Shown piece by piece: positions 47,214-55,091 of a stretch of 64,000 bases of DNA (the first letter of the stretch is position 1; every line of letters begins with the position of its first letter). The position numbers were made by a program, and so were the translations under genes. Origin of the DNA: Candidatus Kaelpia aquatica (lineage in GTDB: Bacteria > Omnitrophota > Gorgyraeia > Kaelpiales > Kaelpiaceae); the NCBI GenBank assembly GCA_030765335.1, contig JAVCCU010000025.1:6784-70783 (forward strand), read 5' to 3'. A model generated the notes under the pieces. The model saw only the letters and a program-made list of their open reading frames with translations. It was not told the DNA's origin and searched no databases.

Positions 47214-48332
47214 ATGTTTAAAGCTGGAAATTACAAGCAACAATATGAATACAAAAGTTTTTTGCCATCGTTAGTTAACGTTGATTATCAGTGGGAGGAT
47301 AGGCAAATTGTTGTTTTATTAGAAAACGCTATGCGTTATCTGGGGGAACTCAATGCCTATTCAACGCTAGTTCCGGACGTGGATTTTTTTATTCAAATGC
47401 ATGTGGCAAAAGAAGCTACGACGTCCAGTCGTATTGAAGGGACAAGAACCAATATTGACGAAGTTGTTTTGCCTGAGAATGAAATCAGTCCTGAAAAACG
47501 TGATGACTGGGCAGAGGTTCAAAATTATATCAAGGCAATGAATTTTGCTATTGATGAGCTTGATAAATTGCCTTTATCGATGAGGCTGCTCAAAGAGACG
47601 CATAAGAGATTGCTCTCAGGTGTAAGAGGTCATCATAAACTTCCGGGAGAAGTAAGAAGAAGCCAAAACTGGATTGGCGGATCAAGCTTAAAAGATGCTT
47701 TTTTCGTTCCGCCACACCATGAAGATTTACCGGATTTGTTGACCGACCTTGAAAAATTTTGGCACAGCAAGGAAATCAATCTTCCTCGTTTAATTCGGGT
47801 TGCCATCAGCCATTATCAATTTGAAACGATTCACCCTTTTCTGGACGGTAATGGCAGGGCAGGACGACTTCTTATAACTTTGCAATTAGTTGATATGGAC
47901 ATATTGAATAAGCCTTGTCTCTATCTTTCAGATTTTTTTGAAAGAAATAAGGGGTCATACTATGATTCATTGAGTGTAGCAAGAGCTTCAAATGATCTTG
48001 ACCAGTGGATAAAGTTTTTTCTTTCAGGAGTCATTGATACAGCTAAGAATGGGAAGGAAACTTTAGAAACCATTGTTAAGCTCAGAAAACAATATGATGA
48101 CAAAATTATAACTATGGGAAGAAAAGCCAAGCCAGCTCAAAAACTGCTTTTGTTCCTTTTTTCGCATCCAATTGTTTCTATCGGGCAGGTCTCTGATCAT
48201 TTAGGAGTAGGATTTTCCGCGGGCGGAAGATTAATAGCGGATTTTCAAAGAGTCGGATTTTTAAAAGAAGTGACAGGTTTTTCTAGAAATAGGTTGTTTG
48301 CGCTGTCGGAGTATTTATCGTTGTTTAAATAG
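47214..48332 (+). CDS. Fic family protein (AMPylase-type) with intramolecular inhibitory motif
   Basis: 372 aa. Fic motif [12 protein letters not shown] and N-terminal inhibitory [ST]xxxE[GN] motif SSRIEG (class II arrangement). RBS AGAGGTG upstream. Confidence 0.85.
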   Translation: MFKAGNYKQQYEYKSFLPSLVNVDYQWEDRQIVVLLENAMRYLGELNAYSTLVPDVDFFIQMHVAKEATTSSRIEGTRTNIDEVVLPENEISPEKRDDWAEVQNYIKAMNFAIDELDKLPLSMRLLKETHKRLLSGVRGHHKLPGEVRRSQNWIGGSSLKDAFFVPPHHEDLPDLLTDLEKFWHSKEINLPRLIRVAISHYQFETIHPFLDGNGRAGRLLITLQLVDMDILNKPCLYLSDFFERNKGSYYDSLSVARASNDLDQWIKFFLSGVIDTAKNGKETLETIVKLRKQYDDKIITMGRKAKPAQKLLLFLFSHPIVSIGQVSDHLGVGFSAGGRLIADFQRVGFLKEVTGFSRNRLFALSEYLSLFK

Positions 48333-48693
48333 CAGGGTATAGGTGTATATGACAAAAACAAAAAGCAGAAAATCATCTGGAATAAGTGCTTGGTGGAAGA
48401 AAAGTAAAGGTATTGAGCAAAATTAACAGGGATAAAGTATATTAATTAGAAAGTGAGTTAGGAGTTTTAAAAAATAAGAATGCCAAATTAATCAGAGAGC
48501 TTATGAGTGCTGCATCTTCACGATGAGGCTGTTTTATAACGTTTGGATTAGACTAGAAACGCAAAGCGGATAAATCTATCTCTTATAACTCATTGTCTCA
48601 TTGTATGAATCTAAATGTTCTTAAAAGGTGGTTTTATCCACCAAGCAGCAGTTATAATATAACCCAATTAGCACTATGCTGGCAGGATAGTGC

Positions 48694-48862
48694 TGTGCCC
48701 CAACTGCGCCCATCTTATACAGTAACATCTGCATACAAACGTATGCAGATGTTACCATTCGCACTCGATAAATCCTTTACAAAACAGGGGTTTGTAGTAT
48801 AGTTTATCAATATATAAAGAGTTGCGGGTTTTAGTTTAACAGAACCTCAGTCTCTCTGTTAG
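48694..48862 (+). repeat. islet-end repeat R2 (degenerate copy of R1) ending in a diverged tRNA-3'-end-like sequence
   Basis: Contains the perfect palindrome ACATCTGCATACAAACGTATGCAGATGT. Ends in GAACCTCAGTCTCTCTG, ~70% identical to the att-like part of R1. Confidence 0.5.
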
Positions 48863-48892
48863 TCTCTGATAGAGTAAATTTATATTATTGTT

Positions 48893-49678
48893 ATGAATAA
48901 TGATTTTAAATATATATATGGTCCGGTATCATCTTGGAGACTAGGTTCTTCTTTGGGTATAGACCCTATATCTGGAGAGAATAAAATTTGCGGTTTTGAT
49001 TGTATCTATTGTCAGATAAAAGAACCAAGCTTATTGAGCCTAAAGAGAGAAATTTTTGTAAATACTGAATTAATTGCTGATGAATTACAATCCTTACCCT
49101 CTGGTTTAAACATTGATTGTATTACTCTCTCAGGTAGGGGTGAGCCTACTTTGGCTTTAAACATTAAAGATATAACTAGTGCTGCAAAGAGCATCTTAGG
49201 TCATCCAGTTGCGCTTCTTACTAACTCTACAATGCTTTTAAGAGAAGATGTTAGAGATGATATCTCTGACATTGATTTTGTAATAGCCAAGATAGATGCT
49301 TCTAGTAATGAATATTTAAGGGCCATAAATAAGCCGCATGAAGATTTAGATTTTTTAAGCATCTTAGATGGAATTAAGAGGTTTAGAGTTAATTATAAAG
49401 GAAAATTTGGAATTCAGATTATGTTTTTAAAGTCGAATGAGTCTGAGGCTAAAGGTATTGCAAGGCTGGTCTCTGAGTTAGCACCGGATGAGGTCCAGCT
49501 TAATACCCCCTTGCGTGATTCTGCAGTCAAGGCTTTATCAAAAGAGGAGATGGGCAGAATAACAGAATTCTTTAAGGACTTTAATGTAATTTCGGTTTAT
49601 GATAGAGAGAAGAAAATAGTAGAGTCAATAAGTGAGGAAGATACAATGAGAAGAAGGGGGAAGAACCATGATAGTTGA
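48893..49678 (+). CDS. radical SAM domain protein (small, subfamily unassigned)
   Basis: 261 aa. CGFDCIYCQ CX3CX2C motif and N-terminal YGPVSSWRLGSSLGIDP. Confidence 0.65.
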   Translation: MNNDFKYIYGPVSSWRLGSSLGIDPISGENKICGFDCIYCQIKEPSLLSLKREIFVNTELIADELQSLPSGLNIDCITLSGRGEPTLALNIKDITSAAKSILGHPVALLTNSTMLLREDVRDDISDIDFVIAKIDASSNEYLRAINKPHEDLDFLSILDGIKRFRVNYKGKFGIQIMFLKSNESEAKGIARLVSELAPDEVQLNTPLRDSAVKALSKEEMGRITEFFKDFNVISVYDREKKIVESISEEDTMRRRGKNHDS

Positions 49679-49901
49679 TATAACTCACCTAAAACCCAAG
49701 GAGAGCGGCGTGGTTGTTGAGATAAAGGGCGGCACTGGCCTTATTGACCGCCTTAAAAGCATGGGCATAAGAGTTAGCAAGCGGGTAAGTAAGGTTAGCT
49801 CTCATTTTTGGAGAGGTCCGCAGACTATTGAGATTGATAATTTTACAGTTGCTATCGGCCATGGAATGGCTAAGAAGATTATAGTAGATACAGATAAATG
49901 A
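49668..49901 (+). CDS. feoA: ferrous iron transport protein A
   Basis: 77 aa SH3-like FeoA (LKPKESGVVVEIKGG...RLKSMGI). Overlaps the feoB start. Confidence 0.75.
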   Translation: MIVDITHLKPKESGVVVEIKGGTGLIDRLKSMGIRVSKRVSKVSSHFWRGPQTIEIDNFTVAIGHGMAKKIIVDTDK

Positions 49902-51607
49902 AAAACGTTCTATTAGTTGGAAATCCCAATGTAGGTAAGAGCGCTATATTCTCTCGTCTTACAGGGGCAAGAGTTGTTATATCTAACTTTCCCGGCTCAA
50001 CCGTTGAATATACAAAAGGCCGGAGCAAGATCTTTGGAGATGTTGTAGATGTAATAGATATCCCAGGTACTTATAGTTTAAAGCCTAATTGTTGCGCTGA
50101 AGAGATTGCAGTCAAGATGCTTGATCAGGGCGATGTCATTGTAAATGTAGTTGACGCGACGAATTTAGAGAGAAATCTCTATCTTACTCTAGAATTAATA
50201 GAGAGAGGTTCTCCTGTTATAGTTGCGTTAAATATCTGGGATGAGACAAAGCATCGTGGAATCAGTATAGATATTAAGAGATTAGAAGAGCTGCTAGGGG
50301 TGCCTGTTGTAAGTACTTGCGGCTTGACGGGGGAAGGCATAAGGGAGTTAGCATTAAAGATGAAAGATCTAAAGCCAAAACATAGAGAGGATGTTTCTGA
50401 TGAGCAGCGTTGGATAGAGATAGGCAATATTACTCAAGAGGTGCAGAAGCTTCACCACAGGCATCATACGTTTCTTGAGATTTTAGAAGGTTTGAGTATT
50501 AGACCTTTTAGCGGTTTGATCATAGGGCTTCTTATTATGGCAGTCTCTTTCTTTGTGGTCAGACTTGTAGGCGAGGGCATTATTAATTATCTATTGGATC
50601 CGTTATTTGAAAATTACTGGCTTCCTATAATGGACAGCCTAAGTGCCGTTATCTCTAAGTTTAGTTTTTTGCATTATATAGTAATAGGCAGGCTAATAGA
50701 TGGAGGGATAGATTTTGGGCTCTCATTTGGGCTTTTGACTACAGGTCTCTATGTACCCATCGTTATGGTTGCTCCTTATATTTTGAGCTTCTATTTTGTT
50801 TTAGGGCTTATGGAGGATTTTGGTTATCTTCCACGTCTTGCTGTTTTAGTTGATAATGTGATGCATAAGTTGGGATTACACGGTTATGCTGCTGTGGGGA
50901 TGATCTTAGGACTAGGCTGCAATGTCTCTGGTGCTCTATCGGTACGATTACTCGAAAGTAAGAGGGAGAAGTTTATTGCTTCAACGCTTCTTAGCATTGC
51001 GGTGCCCTGCATGGCTCAGATTGCCGTTATAGTTGGACTATTAGGTGCAAGAAGTCATAAGGCGGTAATGGTTGTATTTTTAACCCTTCTTTTGCTTTGG
51101 TTCATAATAGGCTATGTTTTAAATAAGGTTTTAAAAGGGGAGAGCATCCCTTTGATGCTTGAGATTCCTCCATATAGAAGGCCTCAGTTAGGAGCGGTCT
51201 TAAAAAAACTCTGGATGCGGATATCAGGTTTTTTACTCACTGCGATACCCTATGTATTATTAGGCGTTCTTTTGGTTAATATGCTCTATGCTTTTGGGGT
51301 AGTAGATTTCTTTGCTCGCATTTTTTCACCGCTGCTTAAAAATATCTGGGGTCTGCCATCAGAGGCAATATCGGCATTATTAGTTGGATTTTTAAGAAAA
51401 GATGTTGCTGTGGGTATGTTGGGACCAATGGGTTTAACATTGAAGCAGCTTACTATAGGCTGTGTTATTCTTGCCATATACTTTCCCTGTTTTGCTACTT
51501 TCATAGTCTTATTTAAAGAGTTGGGGTTAAGAGATATGCTAAAAGCGGCAGTTATTATGATATCTGTAGCGATTATAGTAGGCGGAGCACTTAACTTCAT
51601 ACTTTAG
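49898..51607 (+). CDS. feoB: ferrous iron transport protein B
   Basis: 569 aa. N-terminal G-domain GNPNVGKS plus a polytopic membrane domain. Confidence 0.9.
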   Translation: MKNVLLVGNPNVGKSAIFSRLTGARVVISNFPGSTVEYTKGRSKIFGDVVDVIDIPGTYSLKPNCCAEEIAVKMLDQGDVIVNVVDATNLERNLYLTLELIERGSPVIVALNIWDETKHRGISIDIKRLEELLGVPVVSTCGLTGEGIRELALKMKDLKPKHREDVSDEQRWIEIGNITQEVQKLHHRHHTFLEILEGLSIRPFSGLIIGLLIMAVSFFVVRLVGEGIINYLLDPLFENYWLPIMDSLSAVISKFSFLHYIVIGRLIDGGIDFGLSFGLLTTGLYVPIVMVAPYILSFYFVLGLMEDFGYLPRLAVLVDNVMHKLGLHGYAAVGMILGLGCNVSGALSVRLLESKREKFIASTLLSIAVPCMAQIAVIVGLLGARSHKAVMVVFLTLLLLWFIIGYVLNKVLKGESIPLMLEIPPYRRPQLGAVLKKLWMRISGFLLTAIPYVLLGVLLVNMLYAFGVVDFFARIFSPLLKNIWGLPSEAISALLVGFLRKDVAVGMLGPMGLTLKQLTIGCVILAIYFPCFATFIVLFKELGLRDMLKAAVIMISVAIIVGGALNFIL

Positions 51608-51765
51608 CTACAAGTTATATAAATTTTTCTTTAAGAAATAGTATTTTAGCAGGAAATATTCAGATTTAAACAGAGAGTTAAAATATCATATATTCAAGTT
51701 CTTTTAAAATGGGCTGGGGATTTATCTATTTGACTTTTAAGTCCTTATTATTTAGAATTCTTGCT

Positions 51766-52716
51766 ATGAAAAACTTCAAAATCTTTGTTGTATTTATAGT
51801 CTTTTTTAGCTTTCTGAACAATGCGTTCTCTTTTTGGATCTGGACTCCTGAGACAGGTAAGTGGATAAACCCTGATAGCTATGTTCGGGATACGCCTGAT
51901 GAACAATTTAATCTGGGTTATAAGAAATTTCAGGAGGAAGACTTTAAAGGAGCTATTGAGGCTTTTAAAAAACTCGTCAAATATTATGAAAAGTCAAAGT
52001 ATGCTCCGGAAGCACAGTTCTACATTGGCCAGGCTCAGGAGAGGCTAGGTAAATATTATCCGGCATTTAAAGCATACCAGAAGATTATAGACACATATCC
52101 TTATACATCAAGAGTCGATGAGGTTATATCTTTGGAATATAAGATAGCCAATCTCTATTTTGTGAAAGATAACGAAGATAGGAATTTGATGGAGAAGATA
52201 TCTTTCTTAGATGATAATTCAAGAGCTATTGAGATATTTAAAAAAGTAGTTGATAACTCTCCTTACGGAGAGTATGCGCCTTTGGCCCAATTTAAATTGG
52301 GCCTGGTATATAAGCGTATAGGCGATTATTCCGGAGCAGAAGAGGCTTTTAAAAATCTTATTACAGGTTATCCAGGCTCTGAATTGGCGGATGATGCAGT
52401 TATACAGCTTGCAGAGGTTGCATCAGAGAGGGAGGTTAAGGTAGACTATTCTCAGGAAGGGACGGAGGTTGCAATTAAGAGATTAGAAGAGATGTCCCAA
52501 GTTGGTGAGATGCCTGAAGAAGGCGATAAAATATTAGCAAGGCTAAAAGCGCGTAAGGCAGAGAGCCTTTATAATACAGCCAAGTTTTATGAGAAGCAGA
52601 AGCTATATGATAGCGCCGTGATATATTATGAAGAAGTAGTTAAACAGTATCCCAATACTGATTGGGCTGTAATAGCTGCGGGGAAAGTGGCAGCATTTAA
52701 GAAGAAGGAAAATTAA
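51766..52716 (+). CDS. TPR-repeat protein, BamD/YfiO-like (signal peptide, no lipobox Cys)
   Basis: Start at ATG 51766. Signal peptide MKNFKIFVVFIVFFSFLNNAFS. Multiple TPR-like repeats with conserved Y/A/G spacing, similar to outer-membrane assembly factor BamD. Confidence 0.5.
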   Translation: MKNFKIFVVFIVFFSFLNNAFSFWIWTPETGKWINPDSYVRDTPDEQFNLGYKKFQEEDFKGAIEAFKKLVKYYEKSKYAPEAQFYIGQAQERLGKYYPAFKAYQKIIDTYPYTSRVDEVISLEYKIANLYFVKDNEDRNLMEKISFLDDNSRAIEIFKKVVDNSPYGEYAPLAQFKLGLVYKRIGDYSGAEEAFKNLITGYPGSELADDAVIQLAEVASEREVKVDYSQEGTEVAIKRLEEMSQVGEMPEEGDKILARLKARKAESLYNTAKFYEKQKLYDSAVIYYEEVVKQYPNTDWAVIAAGKVAAFKKKEN

Positions 52717-53235
52717 TTGAAAAGACCAACAGCATTACTATTGGCTGCTTTAATTGTTTCAGGTTGCGGCTACACTTTAAGAAGTGTTCAAAACTTACCT
52801 TATAAGACAATCTATATCCCGACGTTCTCTAATAGAATTTCTATAAATAGCATCTCTTCAGATTATAAGCTCTACTATCGTGGTCTTGAGATAGAGCTTG
52901 AGAATATTTTGAGAGAGAGATTTAGATATGATGGTAATGTTCTTCCTGTTTCTAACATGCAAGATGCTGATATAGCTATAGAAGGCGAGATATTAGATTA
53001 TAATAAAAGTGCTTTAAGCTATGCTAGCGATGAAGATGTTGATGAGTATAGGATTACGGTTAGCACAAATGTCCGCCTCCTAGAAAAAGAAGAAGAGCTG
53101 TGGAGTGAGAGTATATCTGGAGAGTCAACATATCTGACAACAGGAGCTAACGCTAAAAGCGAGACTCAGGCTTTAAGGGATGCTCTAGGTGATCTATCCA
53201 GAAAGATTGTAGATAGAGTAGTAGCTAACTGGTGA
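52717..53235 (+). CDS. LptE-like lipoprotein (putative LPS-assembly lipoprotein)
   Basis: 172 aa. Lipobox LIVSGC. Small lipoprotein immediately upstream of holA, the conserved lptE-holA arrangement. TTG start. Confidence 0.5.
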   Translation: MKRPTALLLAALIVSGCGYTLRSVQNLPYKTIYIPTFSNRISINSISSDYKLYYRGLEIELENILRERFRYDGNVLPVSNMQDADIAIEGEILDYNKSALSYASDEDVDEYRITVSTNVRLLEKEEELWSESISGESTYLTTGANAKSETQALRDALGDLSRKIVDRVVANW

Positions 53236-54077
53236 GTACTTTTTTAATACATTCAAAAGATAGTACCCTTGCTGAGATATTCCTAGAGTCTCAGGTCAAA
53301 AGTTTAAATCTCAAGAAAGTTCAAAGATATTCTCTTAAATCTAGAAGTTTTGAAGATATTATTGCTGAGATATTTAATTGCTCTCTTTTTGAAGATAAAA
53401 CATTATATTTCCTAGATAATGCCGAAGCTCTTAAACCTAAAAATATAGCCTTCTTAAAAGAGAAGATAGATTTTACACAACTCAAAGATAGCTATATTTT
53501 TAATCTTACAAGTAAGACTTATTGGTTGCAGCTGCCTAAATGGGAAGGTATCAAAGGGTTAAAGATTATGGAATTACGATTTAACCCGAGCGATATAAAG
53601 TTATATCTCGAGGAGTTTAGCGGTAAGAAAATCTCCCAAGAAGTTATAAGTTATATAGTAAAGATATATAACAAGAGCAGGGATTTTAAATCTATTCTTG
53701 ATGCTGTTTCAAAGGTTGAGCTGCTTTATCCCGAGAAAGATTATATAGACTTAGGTTCTCTTAGTGAATTTCTCCAGGAGAGAGAGCCGCCCGAGATGAA
53801 GTATCTTTACGAGAGTATATTGGCAAAGGATGCAAAACGTTCTCTTGAGACAGTCTTGTCTCTAAAGGAAAAAGGCTATAAGGATGAGAAAATACTGCTC
53901 TCTCTTATGCCTCGCTTTCTTGATAATGTAGATAATAAAGAGGCTGATTTTATTGTTCATCTGGAGAAGAGTTTTAAAACTGGCAAGAAAGATGCCTACT
54001 CTTTGATTTTGGATTTAATCCTGTTTTTTACACAGAGAGAGATCTTTAAAGTATCTATCGGAGTTTTTAATGATTAA
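53232..54077 (+). CDS. holA: DNA polymerase III delta subunit-like
   Basis: 281 aa. Call rests mainly on position after the lptE-like gene and AAA+-lid-like helical content; sequence motifs are weak. GTG start. Confidence 0.45.
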   Translation: MSTFLIHSKDSTLAEIFLESQVKSLNLKKVQRYSLKSRSFEDIIAEIFNCSLFEDKTLYFLDNAEALKPKNIAFLKEKIDFTQLKDSYIFNLTSKTYWLQLPKWEGIKGLKIMELRFNPSDIKLYLEEFSGKKISQEVISYIVKIYNKSRDFKSILDAVSKVELLYPEKDYIDLGSLSEFLQEREPPEMKYLYESILAKDAKRSLETVLSLKEKGYKDEKILLSLMPRFLDNVDNKEADFIVHLEKSFKTGKKDAYSLILDLILFFTQREIFKVSIGVFND

Positions 54078-54357
54078 AGAAATAATAAAAGTGGGAGACA
54101 GTTTTATAGAGGCTGTTTCAATTAAATTAGGGAATCATAATCTTATTATTCTAAGGGGTAGTCGAGGTTATATCATGTGCGGTTATCTTAATATGGATGT
54201 AGCAGATAATTTTGGAGATATTGCAATTAAGATAACAGGAGTTGGGACAATTCAGGAAGCATTGGATACAGCTGCTAAAGAGGTTAGCAGGGAGGCTAAG
54301 AATATCGGCATCTATGAGGGCCAGAGTATTAATGAGATTCTTAAGTTAATTGTATAG
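54070..54357 (+). CDS. DUF1805 (YunC-like) domain protein
   Basis: 95 aa. LIILRGSRGYIMCGYLN is characteristic of DUF1805. Confidence 0.5.
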   Translation: MIKEIIKVGDSFIEAVSIKLGNHNLIILRGSRGYIMCGYLNMDVADNFGDIAIKITGVGTIQEALDTAAKEVSREAKNIGIYEGQSINEILKLIV

Positions 54358-54369
54358 GAGGTATAAGCT

Positions 54370-54879
54370 ATGAAAAGATTAGTCTTTGTCGTTACCGGTT
54401 TAATCTTAATGTTATCTTCTTTAGGTTATGCTCAAGATAGAGTGCTTGTATTAAGAGAGGCAAAAGAACACAGGAAAGCAACAGCTGCAGTAGAGGCTTA
54501 TTTAGAAGGCAATACTTTAGAAGTAACAGTAATAGCCAGGATGGATAGGACAAAGCCCAGAATATACAATGTAATAGTGATTGGTCCTAAGATTGGCCGT
54601 TTGGTACCCAAGATGCGTGATACTCTCTATCCCACCATGGATAACGAAGAGCCTTTCCCGACAAAGAAGAGCGGTGGATTTATAAGATTCTCTAGTAAAG
54701 ATGAGGTAAAGAAAACGTCAGGGACGCTTACAAAAGAACTCTTAAAATTTGAGATTCCAGGTGAGAAAGTGATAGCTGGGAAGCGTTATCAGATTTGGGT
54801 TAAGATAGAGAGCATGCAGAGAGGCGGAGATAAAGAGTCGTTCAAGTTTGACTTAGAGGATTTTGCCTCCTATTTTTAA
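54370..54879 (+). CDS. secreted hypothetical protein
   Basis: 169 aa. Signal peptide MKRLVFVVTGLILMLSSLGYA. RBS GGAGGT upstream. Confidence 0.5.
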   Translation: MKRLVFVVTGLILMLSSLGYAQDRVLVLREAKEHRKATAAVEAYLEGNTLEVTVIARMDRTKPRIYNVIVIGPKIGRLVPKMRDTLYPTMDNEEPFPTKKSGGFIRFSSKDEVKKTSGTLTKELLKFEIPGEKVIAGKRYQIWVKIESMQRGGDKESFKFDLEDFASYF

Positions 54880-55028
54880 GAAATGTTTTTATAATTTTTT
54901 CTCTTTAAAATTTAAATTAGATATTTAATTTTTAGCTTGCTTGATGCAAATAAATTTAGTATTTTAATCCAAACTACTACGAAGTTGTTCTACCTCAAAG
55001 AAGAGTTGTGAAATTATCCAAATTGCTG

Positions 55029-55056
55029 TTGATTAGTTAGTTCTTATTGGTATAAT
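55029..55056 (+). promoter_or_regulatory. putative promoter TTGATT-N16-TATAAT upstream of carB
   Basis: TTGATT at 55029-55034 and TATAAT at 55051-55056. AAGGAGGG RBS before the carB ATG. Confidence 0.45.
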
Positions 55057-55091
55057 AGTGCTCAAATTTTAATCATTATTAAGGAGGGTTT

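Larger units (their letters stand above)
45488..48862 (+). mobile_element. two tandem, decayed integrated islets at the tRNA-Ser 3' end (no integrase retained)
   Basis: The tRNA 3'-end 19-mer AATCCCAGCCTCTCCGCCA is repeated at 46588-46606 and, degenerately, at ~48840-48858. Each copy closes a ~170 bp related repeat (46438-46608; 48694-48862). Cargo: nonsense-mutated repeat protein, Fic protein. Confidence 0.45.
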
